DNA of 64,000 nucleotides from Eledone cirrhosa (GCA_964016885.1 OZ024743.1:40982001-41046000), one strand, 5' to 3'. Counted from the first letter of the stretch, positions 29,708 through 43,714 are shown. Numbers and translations: made by a program. Notes: generated from the sequence alone by a model not told the origin.

Positions 29708-30387
29708 GGTGTGTGTATGTTTATGTGTGTGTGTGTGTGTGTGAGTATGTGTGTGTGTGTGTGTGTATATGTGTGTGTGGGTGTGTATTTATTTACAACT
29801 CTATGAAATTAACTCTGTCTAATACGTAGGCATCTCAATGAAAGTACAAGATATATTAATACATTTATAAATTAATTATCCACTCAGAAATGTAATAAAA
29901 TATTTATAGAGTTAAAAATTAATATTGACTGCTCTATCATATTCTAAGATTATATTGACGGTTTTTGGCTGCTATTTCTAGCGCCAATATTAGCCAGTCG
30001 TATTGTCCTAATACATAAAGTAGAAAACATTCATATCGTAATTCAGCGTTGCTTCACCTTGCGGTCTACAAACCCCATGGTATATTCAACATGTCCGTTT
30101 CGGTGGAATCTATTCATATAGTAATTCAACAATTGTTCCCCATACAATCTAGCAGCGAAATGCGATGTATGATATATTTTCAACCTGTCCCTCTACTCCT
30201 ATGAACAATTCACCTCTCGATGAAGAAATTTAAATTGTTCCAATATTGTTTATTCCAATGTCTTGGAGTTTCAGATTTGGTATCATAGAGTTTCTGAAAC
30301 GACGGTCACGTTATTATATAAATTAAAATTGACTTTTATTTAGTCGATTTGACATACATCTCGCAAGAAATGAGATTTTGTCTGACG

Positions 30388-30449
<62 letters not shown>

Positions 30450-30871
30450 CTATCTGTGTGTGTGTGTGTGAGTGTGTGTGTGTGTGTATGTGTGTGTATG
30501 TGTGTGTGTGTAGATGTGTATTTTGTCTGTATGTGTGGTTATGTGCAATATACTACATTAATACAGAAAGATATTTAAACCATTGAAGTTAGAAAAGTAT
30601 TTCTTTATTCTCAGTTGTAATATAGATTATCAATCTTATTAAAGTAGAGATATCTACTTGGTAATTAAAGTTTTACAGAACCATATCGATTTTTCATTGC
30701 TAGAGTGTTGTGGGTGGCTTACATACGACCACACGTTAACACACACATATATCTAATTATTTGCACATGTTAATGTAAGCGGAACTTTCGTAAACACGTA
30801 TAACGTAGCAGACATACAACCTCACATATATTCCCATGTGTGTGTGCCTGTGAGTATGTATTTTTATATAT

Positions 30872-30950
<79 letters not shown>

Positions 30951-30953
<3 letters not shown>

Positions 30954-31089
30954 TCAATACTTAGGGTAGTAGAGTGGGTAATAGGAACATGTTTTACCCC
31001 GACGGCAGAGCTCAGCCGTTTCGACAGCAACTTCTGACACCAGAAATAGTTGTCGAAACGGCTTGAGCTCTGCCGTAGGGCTCAAACAT

Positions 31090-31095
<6 letters not shown>
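30951..31095 (-). mobile_element. hairpin element in (TA)n, family H1, copy 3
   Basis: TACTCAATACTTAGGGTAGTAGAGTGGGTAATAGGAACATGTTT near-identical to copy 1; hairpin 30981-31095. Confidence 0.75.
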
Positions 31096-31128
<33 letters not shown>

Positions 31129-31557
31129 TGTGTGTGTGTGTATAAATATGTATATATAATTATATATGTATATTTATATATGTCATTGCACATGCGTAAC
31201 ATGTGGGCGTACGTGTGTGTGTATGTGTGTATGTATGTGTGTGCGTGTGATTGTATGTGGTGTTATATCCAGAAGCAAAAGCTAGAGGATAAGAAACAAT
31301 CATGAATATTAATCAATATATGATATGTGACAAATAATCTATGAAGAATCATATACATAGAGGAGTTTGAATTTTGATTTACAGCTTACAAGCTGATCAC
31401 TGTAATTATCATTACCCAAGTAAATATCATTATATATTATATAATCATATTACTGGTTTCAGTCATTAGACTGCAACCGTGCTTCTGCATCTCCTTGATT
31501 TAGTCGATTAAGTCGACACTAGTACTTATTTTTCAAGTCTGCTGTGTTTTTCTTTAT

Positions 31558-31958
31558 CGCATTGGTTTGGCAGTATCGGTAGAGGGTCGGACACCATGCT
31601 TTGCAGCAATGAGTTACGGCCCTTTATGGTCTGAGTTCAAATCCCGCCGAGGTTAACTTTACCTTTCATCCTTATGGGGTCGATCAAATAAAGTACCAGT
31701 AATACACTGTGATAATTGCTGGCCTTGTGCCACAAGTAGAAACAATTATCTAAAATGATAACCAAAATGCGGTGTATTGGCAGTATCGATACAGGGTTGG
31801 ACACCATACTTTGCACCATAGAGTTACGTCCCTTTACGGTCTGAGTTCAAATCACACCAAGGTTAAATTTGCTTTTCCTCCTTATGGTGTCGATAAAATA
31901 AAGCACCACCAATGCACTGCGATAATTGCAGGGCTTGTGCCAATAGTAGAAACAATTA
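31558..31958 (+). mobile_element. two tandem family A SINEs
   Basis: 31558-31748 and 31768-31958 with box A/B, core and AGAAACAATTA tail. Confidence 0.9.
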
Positions 31959-33371
31959 TATTAACCGGCAAGTTACAATGGATAAAACCTACACAAACCT
32001 AAATACAGAGACGTATAGACACACCCAGGTAGTAGAAGACACACGTCTAAGTTACGGTTCAATGGGACTTAACCCATAACACCTGCTTGCAAATTAAACA
32101 CCTAACACACAGCCTTGCTAATTTCCAATATCTAAGATTGTTAATATGAAGTAATTTTAGTCCTCTGGACCATAAATGAACATACAGATCACATTTCCGT
32201 TTGATGTATGTTACAGCCAAATCTCTCTAAAACCATATAGTCATTTATAAAAAGAACCGGAACTCTTTTATAACGTATTTCTAGATGTCTCATGAATATT
32301 GACCAAATGCCACATGATGGTCACCACTGCATTGTTAAGACGTCATGAATATTTCGGCAATCATGACCCTCTTCATACTACAAAAACTAAAACATAATCC
32401 AGTTATTTTTAATTATTTTTATATATGATTCTTTTTACCTGAATATATATATATGATGTATGTATGTATATTAATGTGTGGGCGCGTGCGTAAGTGTGTA
32501 TGCATCTGGGTGGCTCTGAGAGGAAATGTGTGAGATAGAGTGAAATACTCATATTGTATCAATATCACCCAATATACATATGATATAAAAAATTGTAAGA
32601 CTACATGAAGCGTTTGACTATCAACATAATAGATGACAAACTGAAAAATAAATCAATATTTGTGTCTGGATTATATGTACCAGATGTACTTCTATGAAGA
32701 TATCTATCGTATATATATATAATGTATATTTTGTATAGAGTGATTGTTTTTCCTTCAGATAAAAAATACAAAATCTGACCGTCAGACAGACACACTCTCT
32801 CACTCTGTAACTATATACTGATATGTGTGTATGTGTTGAATACCGGTGTTAAATTGTAATTGGTTTAACACATTCCTAAATAAGCTATATTGAATTTATA
32901 TTAATTGTTTGCAATGGTCATGAAGAAATACTAAAAATATAGAATTCCTATTAAAGACATATCCATTATTCAATGTCATTAGAATATATTTTCCGGTGGG
33001 GCTTCTCACTGAATATTAAACCATGTCGTGGAAAGGAACGAAAACGAAAGAAAGACACTTAATAACACCGACGAGAACACTTTTATAATTCGTCAATATC
33101 TTTGAGGATTTTTTTCATTTTCACCTTTTTAACAACATTTTGTTGGTATGGGACGTAGCAAAACATGAACATATACGCACGAAAACACACATAGATGCAC
33201 ACACACATACACACACACATGTGTATATAATATGGTAACGTATACAGGAAATGCGATTAGAAAAGACTCATTGTTGAAAATGAAATATTTTCAAAATGCA
33301 ATTAGGAAACTAATTAGCATTGTTTCTACTAAATTAAGAGTAATATGTAAGGACATTAGAAAACACACGTA

Positions 33372-33445
<74 letters not shown>

Positions 33446-33457
33446 TATATATATATA

Positions 33458-36400
33458 TAAACAAGAAGAAAACCCTGCTACCAACACCAGCTCCACCACC
33501 ACCACAACAAATAAACAAACAACAAAACTCAGTCCCACCCAACCCGTCCCTCAATAAAACTACACCACCACCACAACACAAACAGACACAACACATTACC
33601 CAAAAACAAAACACAGTCCCACCCAACTCCTCACTCAAAAAAACAACACAACCACCGCAGCCACAACACACAACACAGTCTAGCATAGTGACATCCATCT
33701 CCCCCACAAAGAAAACCAACACGGAAACATTACCAGCAAACATACCTCTTCCCTCCAACACTGAAGATAACCCAACGAATTCGGAGGAAGGGACGGAGTC
33801 CTTCAGACAGATTAAAAGGAAAAAAAAGAAAACATGTGAAAAACACACAAGGCCAAACAACCCCTACCAAAATGTCAACACAATCCAACAAAACACAAAA
33901 CACCCCTCCAGCAACAGACAAAACGAAACCTGCCCCTCCCCTCTTCGAAACACTCACCATCCGAAAAAAAGACATTACACTATACTTACATCAACAGAAA
34001 CAATAATAAATTAAATGAACTCATAAACAATAAACCTTCGGTACAAACCGAAGGGGTAAACTTTGTTTCTTCAGAAAACTACCCACATTTAAAATTAATA
34101 AAGATCCCAATGAACCTCTACGAAAGACTAAAAAAGGATTTTAAGGAGGACGTAGGACCACCCTCTGTCAAACCCATAAACCGAATCCTCCTAAAAATCT
34201 TTCCCCCTCCCCTTCCCCTCCCCAACACAACTCCAAACACCCCAACCCCACCACACACTGACGACCCCACACCACCACAAGACACCCCTTCACCCAACAC
34301 CCCCGACCCCAAGGAAGTCGTGCGACCCGAACCCCGGGAAGCATAAAGGTAGGTCTCTACACTCTCCTTTGGCTTTGCCGCCCACATAGATGTGTTTAGA
34401 GTAGGATGTTTGAATGCACGTGGCCTGGGCTCAACTTGGAAGCAAGCAAATCTTCTAAATGACCTCAGGTCACGTGGTATAAATGTAATGGTTATCTGTG
34501 AGACTCGGATCAGCGTCGTGCGGCAGCTGGCCCCTACCTTCGATAACTTTGAGGTGCATGCATCTCTCTGTCAACCTGGAGGTGGGAGTGGGGTTGTCGT
34601 ACTGCTGGAAAAACACCTGGGTCTCGCCGTACAGGTTGTTCGCTCGGACCCGGAAGGTCGTTTGTTGGTGCTAGACGTTGGCAGTAGTGAAGGTGCGGCC
34701 TTGAAACTGGTCGCCGTCTACTCCTCTTTCGGAGCGGAACGACCCGACTTCTTCCAGCGTCTGGAGACTTTTCCGGGAACGTCGCGTTCCCTGCTACTAG
34801 CGGGGGATTGGAATGACATCCTAGATGCACGTTGGGACTATGCAGGGGCATGTCCTAATAGAGGGGGGTGTAACAGCCTCAAGGGGTTACTCGAGCGTTT
34901 TAACTTGGTCGATAGATATCGACTAGATTTTCAAACTGTGCCAACCTGGACTTCGTCGAACCACAGTGGTCAATCTAGATCGTACTTAGATAGATTCTTA
35001 GTTAGAAGTAAGGATAGGGACATATTAAGCTGTCCAGAAATGCTCACAGTTGGCTGTACGGATCACAAATTAGTGACCTGCGTAGTCAATCTCGAGAAAA
35101 CACATAGACAGGGTCCCGGTTACTGGAAACTTAATTTGTCTTTACCGGCAAAAGAGACTTACAGAAACCGGATTAGCAGATAGTTAAGGAGAGGTTGACG
35201 GGTGCAATCGTCAACAACCGATGGTGGGCATCTCTCGAAAGAGAGATTAGAACAGAATCAATAAGTTATAGCAAGATGCTAGCTGCCGATAGGATTAGGA
35301 ACGAGAAAGAATTAACAGGTAAATTAGAAGAGGCAATCAAGAGCGAAGATGTGGCCAGAGTGCTGGCATCGAGGACGGCCTTGAGCCAGTTTTTCGATGC
35401 AAAGCACGAAGGCTGAGTCATTAGAAGTAAAATACGGGTTCTAGCTAATGAGGGGCCCAAAGCCGTTGGCTGGGCCCGCGTGACAGAAGCTAAGGGTGGA
35501 AATCGATCCACCATCCGGTCTTTGCAAGACGAGGATGGACGGGTGATCCGGGAGCCTAAAGCAGATGTGCGAGGCCTTTCAAAGGCACTTTGCCCGATTA
35601 TTCGGGGGGGTGGGGGGTCCGGGCGGGGACGTGGATTTCGCTCCATACCTCGACAGCCTGCCGCGTCTCTCGAGCGAAGAGGCAGAGTCCTGCGAGGGAC
35701 CAATCTCGGCTGATGAGATCGGGGATGCGCTGAACCAATGCAGCAGACGCAAATCTCCAGGTCTCGATGGTATACCTTACAAACTTTATTTAGCAATGCC
35801 GGTCTTCTTCTCCGAACTCCTCGAAGCAGTCTACTGCAATTGGCAGCAGAACGGGAGAATTTCTTGTTCTGTAGCCAAGGGCGTAGTCTCGCTGGTGAGG
35901 AAGGACGAGAACAAGGGGGATAGTACAAATAATTTTCGGCCCATAACCCTGCTAAACACAGAGTTAAAGATTTTGGCCAAGGTGTTAGCAAAGAGGTTGG
36001 CGCTTGTCGTGGGTGACCTGGTGGGAGATGCGCAGACATGTGCTATCCCATCCAGGTCCATTCACGACAACCTCCACTTCATGCGATACATCATAGAGAG
36101 GGTTGGCAACAAACCCGGCTTCGGCGGGGCCCTGATAAACTTGGATCAGTCTCAGGCGTTCGATAGGGTCGACCATGGTTACCTGGATGCGGTGCTAGCG
36201 GCGGCTGGGTTCGGTCCTGTTTTCAGAGGCTGGATCACTGCCTTACATAGCAACCACATCTGTTCTAGGATCAAGGTGAACGGCTACCTTTCGAAGCCGT
36301 TCGAAATCACACGATCCATTCGTCAGGGGTGCCCTCTCTCCTCCCTTCTGTACGTATTGACTCTCGAGCCTTTACTGAGGAAGTTGGAGTTGTTGCAGTG

Positions 36401-37690
36401 TATCCCCCTGGAACCAGGATTGACCAAAGCGGTGTCGGCCTACGCCGATGACGAAACAGTAATGGTATCGACCGACTCGGAGATCGAGGCGATCGGTACC
36501 TTACTGGAGGAATACGAAAGGTTGTCAGGAGCGAAACTGAACCGGGAAAAATCCATCGGGCTGCAACTCGGAACGTGGAGAGGCAGACCGATGCCTTCCG
36601 ACGGTGTCGTCGGACACTGGACGGAGGGCCCGGTGAAGTTGATTGGGGTCTGGTTTGGACCGGCCACCAGGTGGAAAAGAACTGGGGCGAGGTTACGAAC
36701 AAGGTGTTTGCACTAACCCAGAAATGGGCCAAGTGTAAGCTGTCCCTAGAAGGTCGGGCGGAGGTGGCGAACATTTACATAGCGTCCGGCACTTAATACT
36801 CCCTGACTGTCGTGCCTTGCCCTAAGGAAACACTCACCACCATGGAACGCATGCTCTTTCAATTTCCTTGGAAGAAGCGCCCTCCTATGTTGAGAAGATC
36901 CATCTGCTGCCAACAACCTTAGAAAGGAGGGCTGGGGATGCCGTGGTTGATGATGCGTAGGCACGCATTAAGGCTACGGCACCTACAGGTATTCCTCACT
37001 GGTCAATCGGTGTGGGCTCCGTTAGTGAAAGGAGCCTTTCCGAGACTCGTCTCGCTCACCGAGCTGCAGTTCTGGATCAAGCAAAGATCCGGAAAACTGG
37101 GAGACTGGCACACTGAGTGTGCCCAGGCGCTCAGGCCTCTCTGGCAAGCGCATCTGGCCATCGGTGGAGAATCCACCTCGTCATTCTATAGAGGACTGGT
37201 GGCTAGCAGGGGCGATGACACCCTTGGAGAGTCGCTGGACATGGAAAAGGACGAGCTGGCCAGCCTGTTCGGTAGGACTTTCGGCCCGGGACCAATGGAC
37301 AACTTCCAGAAGTCACTAGCCTGGCAGTGCTACCGGAGGGCTCTACCCGTTCGAGAAAAGCTCTACAGACACGGGCGCCCGGGCAGGGATCCCTCGAAAA
37401 AGATTTGCCCTAGATGTGATAGTGGCGAGAATGGCTCGTGTAAATGGGCCTTCTCTGTATACCATCGTGTAGGTAAAGAAGTGAGGGAGAGGGGAGCACC
37501 TTCTCCATGTGCTCCCCGGGCAAAGGATTGCACACTTTTTCGGGGGTGTGTGCAACCCCCATCACGTCCCCTCCCTTTTGAGGTTGTTTTCGATTATTTT
37601 CATTTTATACCCTTTTTACTCGGTTTTATGTAAACAATCCCTCTTTCTATTTGTCCCTTCTTTTTATGCCTTTATGGTAAATAAAGAAAT
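33458..37690 (+). mobile_element. Tx1-type (L1 superfamily) non-LTR retrotransposon, 5'-truncated and decayed, inserted in TA-rich microsatellite
   Basis: Pro/Thr-rich ORF1-like C-terminal part 33460-34346; ORF2 from 34392; T-rich 3' UTR ending AATAAAGAAAT before (TA)n; GC content far above the flanks. Confidence 0.92.
34392..37470 (+). pseudogene. ORF2: APE endonuclease, reverse transcriptase and partial Zn finger, broken by stops and frameshifts
   Basis: LNARGL, ICET, LLAGDWN, SYLDRFLV, TDHKLV, GPGYWKLN (APE, Tx1-like); KSPGLDG, NFRPITLLN, DQSQAFDRV, RQGCPLS, SAYADD (RT); RKGGLGMP; ALPVREKL...CPRC. Split over ORFs 34392, 35195, 35565, 36575, 36938. Confidence 0.93.
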
Positions 37691-37697
37691 ATATATG

Positions 37698-37733
<36 letters not shown>

Positions 37734-37912
37734 TATATGTGTGTGCCCGAGCTTGTTTGTGTTTGCCTGTGGTTGTTTGTGTGTTTTGTAGTGAATATTA
37801 TATCATAAATAGCTAAATGACCCCAAGAAATAAAAGTGATAAATGGTTGAAATGAAATTGAGGTGTTATCTAAACGCGAATATATATGTATATATATATA
37901 AATATATATATG

Positions 37913-37983
<71 letters not shown>

Positions 37984-38100
37984 GTATATATATATATATG
38001 TATATATATATGTATATTTATATATATGTATATATGTATGTATATATATATGTATATATGTATGTATATATGTATATATATATGTATATTTATATATATG

Positions 38101-38176
<76 letters not shown>

Positions 38177-38246
38177 AGAATGGAACGGGAACAAACAGAG
38201 AGGCAGTACAAACAAAGGTTTATTAGTTTCACGCTCTTGAGAGTGG

Positions 38247-38310
<64 letters not shown>

Positions 38311-38652
38311 GGTGGTGGGGTATACATGGACATATTCATGATAAATAACAATGTAAGACACTAGGAAAATGGAAGATGTGTACCAGTGGGATGCAGTAGA
38401 ATGATTAATTAAATGTTAACGAAGATAATTAATTATTGAATACAATGACATCCACTTGGAATTTCTTCATGTGTAAAACTCAAGAAAGAATATATTTCGA
38501 GAAAATTAAAAAATGACAATACTTTTAAAAAATGAAACATTAAGCTAATGATGAAAATTACGGCAAATTGGCAAGAATACGAAAATGGAATATTAGATTG
38601 AAATAGTTTCAACGAATAGACAAATAGTGGAATCATCCGCCATGATAATATA

Positions 38653-39261
38653 CAGTGGTATCTTGACTTATGATTGTCCCAACTAACGAGTTCTTCGAGA
38701 TACGAGCCGTATATCGGGTGATTTTTGGCTTTGAGTTGCGAGCTAAAATTCGGGTTACGAGCCAGCTTCAGATAAACCTCCGCTAGTTGGCGTACCGACC
38801 GCCACAATGAACGCCGTAACATCCACCCAACATCCCATAGGTCCGAAGAAAATGAGCGCAAAGGACAGTGCTGAGAAGAAACGGATGATGTGCATTAAAT
38901 TAAAGAAAGAAATTATCGAAAAACGACCATGGTATGCGTGTAGTTTACTTGGCGAAGCAGTTCGAGCGTAGCACTTTTACGATCTGCACCATACTGAAGC
39001 AGGACTCGTTAAAGGCTATAATCCCAGCCGAGGGAGTTAAAATAGTTTCTAAACAGCGGACATCTTTCCATAAAAATATGAAAACTGCCTGATAGTGTGG
39101 TTGAGGGATATGCAGCTCGCAAGAGATACCCTGGCGGACACTACAATCTACGTGAATGCATGAGCTATTTATCTGATTTGCTGCAGCAGACCCCTGGTAC
39201 TTCGACATACCAGTAATTTGAGTTACGAGCTCCGTCACGGAACGAATTAAACTCGTAACTG
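38653..39261 (+). mobile_element. internally deleted Tigger/pogo DNA transposon
   Basis: TA|CAGTGGTATCTTGACTTATGA left TIR, degenerate right end CTCGTAACTG|TA; across frameshifts GPKKMSAKDSAEKKRMMCIKLKKEIIEK..GMRVVYLAKQFERSTFTICTILKQ...VWLRDMQLARD resembles the CENP-B/Tigger HTH N-terminus. Confidence 0.88.
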
Positions 39262-39944
39262 TATTTCTTTAAAATGTACATACACAACATAAACAGACAT
39301 TCACACAATATTTTTCCGATCTATCATTTTGATACTGCCCGTTCGCTGTTCAATTTCCGATTCCTTGGTTTTAACCCTATATTCGTTCTTGTATATAGCT
39401 AGGTCTACACACCTACAATTATATTTAATCCTCAAAGTCATTCGAACATATATGCTGAACATTTATATAGATACAACCGAGAAAATCTAATATTTACTTA
39501 CTTCAACGAATCTACAATTAATATAAATGATAGTACATCTCTTATGTAGATCATTAATTCATCAAACCGCAAATTTTCTAGATATTTTAATGATTGTGCA
39601 TATACCGGTTATTCTTTGTATGCATGGCATAGAATTCTTCGCCCTCAAAACCCACCATGCTCAAGGCTATTTATCTCATTATTTATGCCGCGGATTACGA
39701 TTTAAATGTAAAGTAACTATTTTTTTAAAGCAATTATTCGGTTTTATCCTTAAAGATACAACACGGGTTTCATCTTTTTTTAAGACATTATAACACCTGT
39801 CACTATGAGGTATTGAAAGATCCAGTTTGAAGAAACCACACCTATATGTAACCTATAAGCTATTTTGCAACACGTCATGTTTCAACTCATGCCAGCATAG
39901 AGGAAGTGGGTAATCATGATAATGTGTATATATATATATATATA

Positions 39945-40074
39945 TATATCAACTAGAAATGGATTGACATATAAATAAACATATGAAACAATCACAGGGG
40001 ATAATTTATCTAAATTATCCCCTGTGATTGTTTCATATGTTTATTTATATGTCAATCAATTTCTAGTTGATATA
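39945..40074. repeat. near-perfect 130-bp palindrome abutting (TA)n
   Basis: 64-bp arms 39945-40008 and 40011-40074 with one mismatch; loop TC. Confidence 0.95.
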
Positions 40075-40300
40075 AAATGCTCGGATGTATTCATTAGAAT
40101 CTTGGAGCATATTTTACGGGTGATATGGCGCATGTCTATCCGGCATGACACCCTTAATTTAATTTAATTTAATTTAATTTAATTTATCTTAATTTTGGAT
40201 ATATATTTATAAATACGGGCCCTTAATTATAGAGCTAAGTACACAGCTAAGTATTCTATAAGTCTCTAGCTGTGTCATTCTCGATAAAAGCACTGGATAT

Positions 40301-40343
40301 GTAATCCTGAAGATTTCTAATAAGAATGAAACGCGTAGGTTAC
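40301..40343 (+). ncRNA. minimal type I hammerhead ribozyme (copy 1)
   Basis: GTAATC-CTGAAGA-tTTCTaataAGAAt-GAAA-CGCG-TA^GGTTAC; stem I 6 bp, palindromic stem III ACGCGT, GUA cleavage triplet; outer helix ATTCTCGATAAAAGCA/TGCTTTTATCGAGAAT (40277-40292/40350-40365). Confidence 0.8.
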
Positions 40344-40610
40344 TTCCCTTGCTTTTATCGAGAATCTAATTGTAATACGTGACGTATTCTATTCTATAGC
40401 GATTAGGTCTTCAAAATGTTTATTATAAACATACAGAATATTTTCGAATATTCTATGTCTATCTTCACATATATATCGCTATTTCAGAGCATTTAATCCA
40501 ATTTCTAATTTCTGCCGGACCGGCAACCGCTCTTTCAAACCAGTTCCTGTACACAGCTAAGTATTCTATAAGTCTCTAGCTGTGTCATTCTCGATAAAAG
40601 CACTGGATAT

Positions 40611-40653
40611 GTAATCCTGAAGATTTCTAATAAGAATGAAACGCGTAGGTTAC
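40611..40653 (+). ncRNA. minimal type I hammerhead ribozyme (copy 2)
   Basis: Same sequence as 40301-40343, 310 nt downstream. Confidence 0.8.
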
Positions 40654-40801
40654 TTCCCTTGCTTTTATCGAGAATCTAATTGTAATACGTGACGTATTCT
40701 ATTCTATAGCGATTAGGTCTTCAAAATGTTTATTATAAACATACAGAATATTTTCGAATATTCTATGTCTATCTTCACATATATATCGCTATTTCAGAGC
40801 A

Positions 40802-40876
<75 letters not shown>

Positions 40877-40968
40877 TGTATATAATTGTATATATACATT
40901 GTAGTACAATATATTATATATATATATATATATATATAATATATTGTACTACAATGAAACTCACCTCC

Positions 40969-41033
<65 letters not shown>

Positions 41034-43714
41034 TGAGACGTAGAGAGAGTCATAGAGAGAGGGTAGGTAGAGAGAGTGAGAGGGAGAGAGGAGAGTGGGC
41101 TGAGGTCGAGACGAAACAAATCGTAGAGAAAAAAACAGGACCATCAAGTCACCATCTAATGGCAAACTCTTGATTCTGGCGTTGTTGTATGAGAACATCT
41201 GTTGGTCTTGTTATAAAAGATGGTGAGGAAACGTGTCTGGCTGACAATGTAGAACCGTTTTGTATATACTGTGTCTACGATTGCGTTTTCATGTGTGTGT
41301 TTGTGTTTGTGTGTGTTGATGCCCTACACAGCACTCTGAGTTGATGTGTAGAGGTATGTGCATGTTGTTAGTCCGTACAAACTGTATAGAACTGTTTTTT
41401 CTCCAAGAAAATATTTGTTTCTTTAATTTCCCATTCTATATTCTGATGGAGTGCGGTCATCACAAACTATGAGACTATTTTACTACCAATAATATATTAC
41501 TTCACTGTACTGTATCAATTGCTTTGTTATTTTTGTTTGCCGTTTGCATATATATATATAACTGGTATGAACAGTATTACAAATATATGTTCGGCAAATG
41601 TGCAACAGAAACATATGGCTTATTGAAACATGCAGATTACTAACTAAATTATAACATATTTATCACAATTCAATGTGTGATATTATGTTAAATATTAATG
41701 CAATCTCTGTAGAATTTCCAATATTCTTTGGAAGAATATGAGGGAGAAACAGGGACATGCTGACAACACAATTAATACGGCTTCACTAAACGCACTTAAA
41801 ATGCCATGTGAGGTTGTTAAACTTGATTAAGAATTATTTTTACAAGTCACCTATATTTATAAGACTTCTTGATATAACTGACATTCGCTGAAGAGATAAT
41901 CATAAAAACCGTGTGAATAAATTCACTACGTACATAACACCTATTGCAGCCATATAACACATATAACATATGATCAGCCCACATGAGTTCATCCTACCTT
42001 TGCAAGATAAAACAACACAATACCACAAATCAGGTCTTTCCAATCCACATAGTTCATTCCAGACAGAAAGCAACCGACATTCTCTGGTAGAAAAGTGTTT
42101 GATTAAAATAGAGCAAAAGTTAATTAAATGTACTATCGGATGAAACTTTACATATACATTTGATTTACTAATACTGAATATGAATTCTGATTGGTTTCGG
42201 TATGTAAACCTAAATTCTATGGATATGACGTTTGCTTAACTCAAAAATTCGTCGTGACATAGACACTTTTTTTTCTGATTTAACAGAGTATAACAAAGTT
42301 CTAAAAAGAGAAAATAATAAAGGGGGGAACAGTTTGGTCTAAATGTTTGAATATTATATCGCCCTTAGTTTGGATAGCCCTCCTTTTATGATATATTCAA
42401 TTAATCATTTGTTGGACGATAAATAAATGATAAATGTCTATAGGCATTGAATAAACCGAAATATATCTCCTTCTTTTCCAAAATGATTTGTATTCATGTT
42501 ATGTTTATTTTTAATATATGTAGGTGGCATGTGCGCCTCAATATTCGTAACAGGACTTTATCAGACCATCCTAAAAATATAGATGGCAGCAAATCTAACC
42601 TTCACGCACCCACCCTCCCCGGCTCTCTCTCATTCTCTCTCCAACTAACATCCAACAATGAACCTCAGGTTTCATGTACTATGAACTTTGCTACCTCCAC
42701 CATATTTCGTTTCCTTAGACGGCACAAGTTCCTTCCATTATTGGACATCAAACACTTCGCAAAGAAAGAGAAGTAAAAAGAAATCACCAAACGTATCGTT
42801 ACTCAAGAGAACAAATACCCATCACACATATAAAGTGACTCGAACAATGGCGATCAGCAAACGGAATCGATATTTATCGATGATCATGGATGAGGGCTTT
42901 TAGATGATTATCATGGAAACAGATTGAGCATTTGAACTGAAGTTTTCGAAAATAAATTAATTAGTTTTATCAGAAAGCCTGGGAAATCAGATTGGAGAAA
43001 ATAGCACACAGTAAAAAAATGAAATAAATAAAATAAACATTTTATAGAATAAAGAGGAAAGGTTGACCTGCACAATATAACGACTTTGTTAATAAAGCTA
43101 TAAAAACAAAAAATTAAATGATTATAACTTTTAAACAGAATATTGGTTTGAGAGAAGACATTGGCTTAATCAGATGTGAAAATAAACTGTCTTGTGTAGT
43201 GGTATTATTTCAATCATTTAAAGATAAAAGAATGCAGAAACGCTTTAACATCAGATGTATTTTTTTTTCTGGTAACAAATGGTCGAATCTAAACATCTGT
43301 CAGTTTGTCACAGTAATTTTACCTCGCAACATCGAAATGGAATCTAACTTGATATTCGCAGACATGTATGACTAAGTGTTTCCGTGGAAATGTTTTGAGT
43401 AGGTTTAAAGGTAGTCTTTATAGCTATTGTCAACTCTGGTGTAATTCCTAACCACCATTGCATGTGAGTCATTCATAACAACACTATCACCTTGTAGAAG
43501 CAGTATAAGATGTATTTAGGAATGGCATATAACGTTCAACAATGTGTGTAGCAGTCGTTCGATCAACACAAAAATCTGCTAATGAATGTTGCATATTTGT
43601 GGTTGAGGATTCCATCGATACGTGATCTCGTATTGTAATTTGGCGAGACATTCAGGGTGGGATAGTGTGTGACAAAGTTCCCCATTGAATTACATATTAT
43701 AGTCCATCCTGCAG

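Larger units (their letters stand above)
40239..40807 (+). mobile_element. partial tandem repeat (259-bp direct repeats, 310-bp period), each copy with a hammerhead ribozyme: Penelope pLTR or non-LTR retrozyme-like element
   Basis: 40239-40497 appears identical to 40549-40807; 51-bp spacer; ends directly in (TA)n. Confidence 0.85.

Noticed and set aside
35565-36716. Intact or domesticated reverse transcriptase gene
   Set aside because: Fragment of a Tx1 ORF2 with flanking frameshifts and stops
41435-41480. CTGATGGAGTG...CACAAAC degenerate hammerhead
   Set aside because: Both core boxes deviate and stem I is unconvincing
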